8,852 bases of DNA. Origin: Octopus sinensis. Taxonomy: Eukaryota. The notes beneath the pieces are model-generated. The model had not been told where the DNA came from and made no database searches. It saw only the letters and a list, made by a program, of their open reading frames with translations. The stretch is taken from positions 1 to 8,852 of the forward strand of contig NW_021828323.1 in NCBI RefSeq assembly GCF_006345805.1, in the 5' to 3' direction. Position numbers and translations under genes: made by a program. Below, piece after piece: positions 8,105-8,852 of the stretch; position 1 is the stretch's first letter; the number at the start of each line of letters is the position of its first letter.

Positions 8105-8243
8105 ACTGCTGCTACTACTACTACTACTACTACTACTACACTAATAATAATAATAATATAATAAATAATAATATACTGCTGCTGCTGCTGCTGATACTAC
8201 TACTACTGAATACTACTAATAATATGCTAACACTAATAATAAC
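8105..8243. repeat. Compound trinucleotide microsatellite CTG/CTA/TAA
   Basis: (CTA)9 at 8112-8138, (TAA)5 at 8142-8156, (CTG)6 at 8176-8193, then further CTA/TAA units. Confidence 0.93.
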
Positions 8244-8637
8244 AAGTTTCTAATACATTGAAATTAGTATACATATATATCGCTGAAAAATTCAAACGTT
8301 CCGTATCTATATTGAAATACAAGCCTAGACAAACATGGTGAATAAACTACCCATCACCAATGTAATTTACAAATTTAATTAGAAATCTGGGAGTTTTAAA
8401 TGTTAAAGAATACAACGACACCTTCTCGCCGAAATGCTATGCACTTCAAACAAAGAACAATACTAGTGATAATGATTCACACCTTATAAAACAAAATTGG
8501 AAGGAAGCGTTACAAAATAGGATATCTATATGATAGAAAGACGTTCATGAAACCAAAAAGGGAATATTACTCTTCTTGTAGCGCTTAGAAATTGCAATCT
8601 TCTTTCTCTCACGTACTATAATAATATATATTATGGA

Positions 8638-8722
8638 TGGAAGCACTCCGTCGGTTACGACGATGGGGTTCCGGTTGATCCGAATCAACGGCTGCCCCTA
8701 ACCACTGGGCCATTGTTCCTCC
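8638..8722 (-). mobile_element. Internally deleted tRNA-derived SINE remnant (family C), head joined to tail
   Basis: The minus strand reads ggaggaacaaTGGCCCAGTGGttaggggcag, a consensus A-box (plus-strand 8702-8712) with no B-box, then ccgttgattcggatcaaccggaaccccatcgtcgtaaccgacggagtgct containing two hairpins. It is a GC-rich island in AT-rich DNA. Both halves resemble the two ends of an octopus SINE as I recall it (unverified). Confidence 0.55.
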
Positions 8723-8852
8723 ACATAAATATATATAGCATTATTATCGAGTTAGAAACAAGAGATTTAATGGATATAAATTAATTTAGTAATTACTTTA
8801 ACATATTCACATACAATTTTTTCCATTTCATAACCAAATTAAAATTACAAAC

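Noticed and set aside
8320-8580. AT-rich stretch as a possible decayed TE coding region
   Set aside because: No recognisable protein motif in the frame I translated and no terminal structures.

Overview
Repeat-dense, AT-rich eukaryotic non-coding DNA. I see no convincing host protein-coding gene, RNA gene, CRISPR array or prokaryotic feature. The SINE families resemble repeats I recall from Octopus genomes (inference from memory, not a database hit). Contents: at least three tRNA-derived SINE types (A: 921-1386 minus, plus a young copy 2574-3002 nested in an older copy 2343-3098; B: 3913-4085, 6191-6436, 6593-6645; C: a roughly 85-bp head-tail remnant at 8638-8722); a 546-bp hAT MITE with 14-bp TIRs and an 8-bp TSD (1664-2209); a 5'-truncated RTE LINE with a 10-bp TSD (4123-4393); a decayed CR1-like LINE 3' end (4938-5403); a Helentron-associated (HINE/DINE-1-like) element (4547-6162) with a duplicated 3' subterminal motif and an unexpected 15-bp flanking direct repeat; and many microsatellites. 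Nearly all listed ORFs are microsatellite or SINE artefacts; only 4137..4412 (-) and 5022..5270 (+) are recognisable, both as LINE ORF2 C-termini. I found no clearly new biological system. The most interesting signals concern transposon architecture and nesting history.
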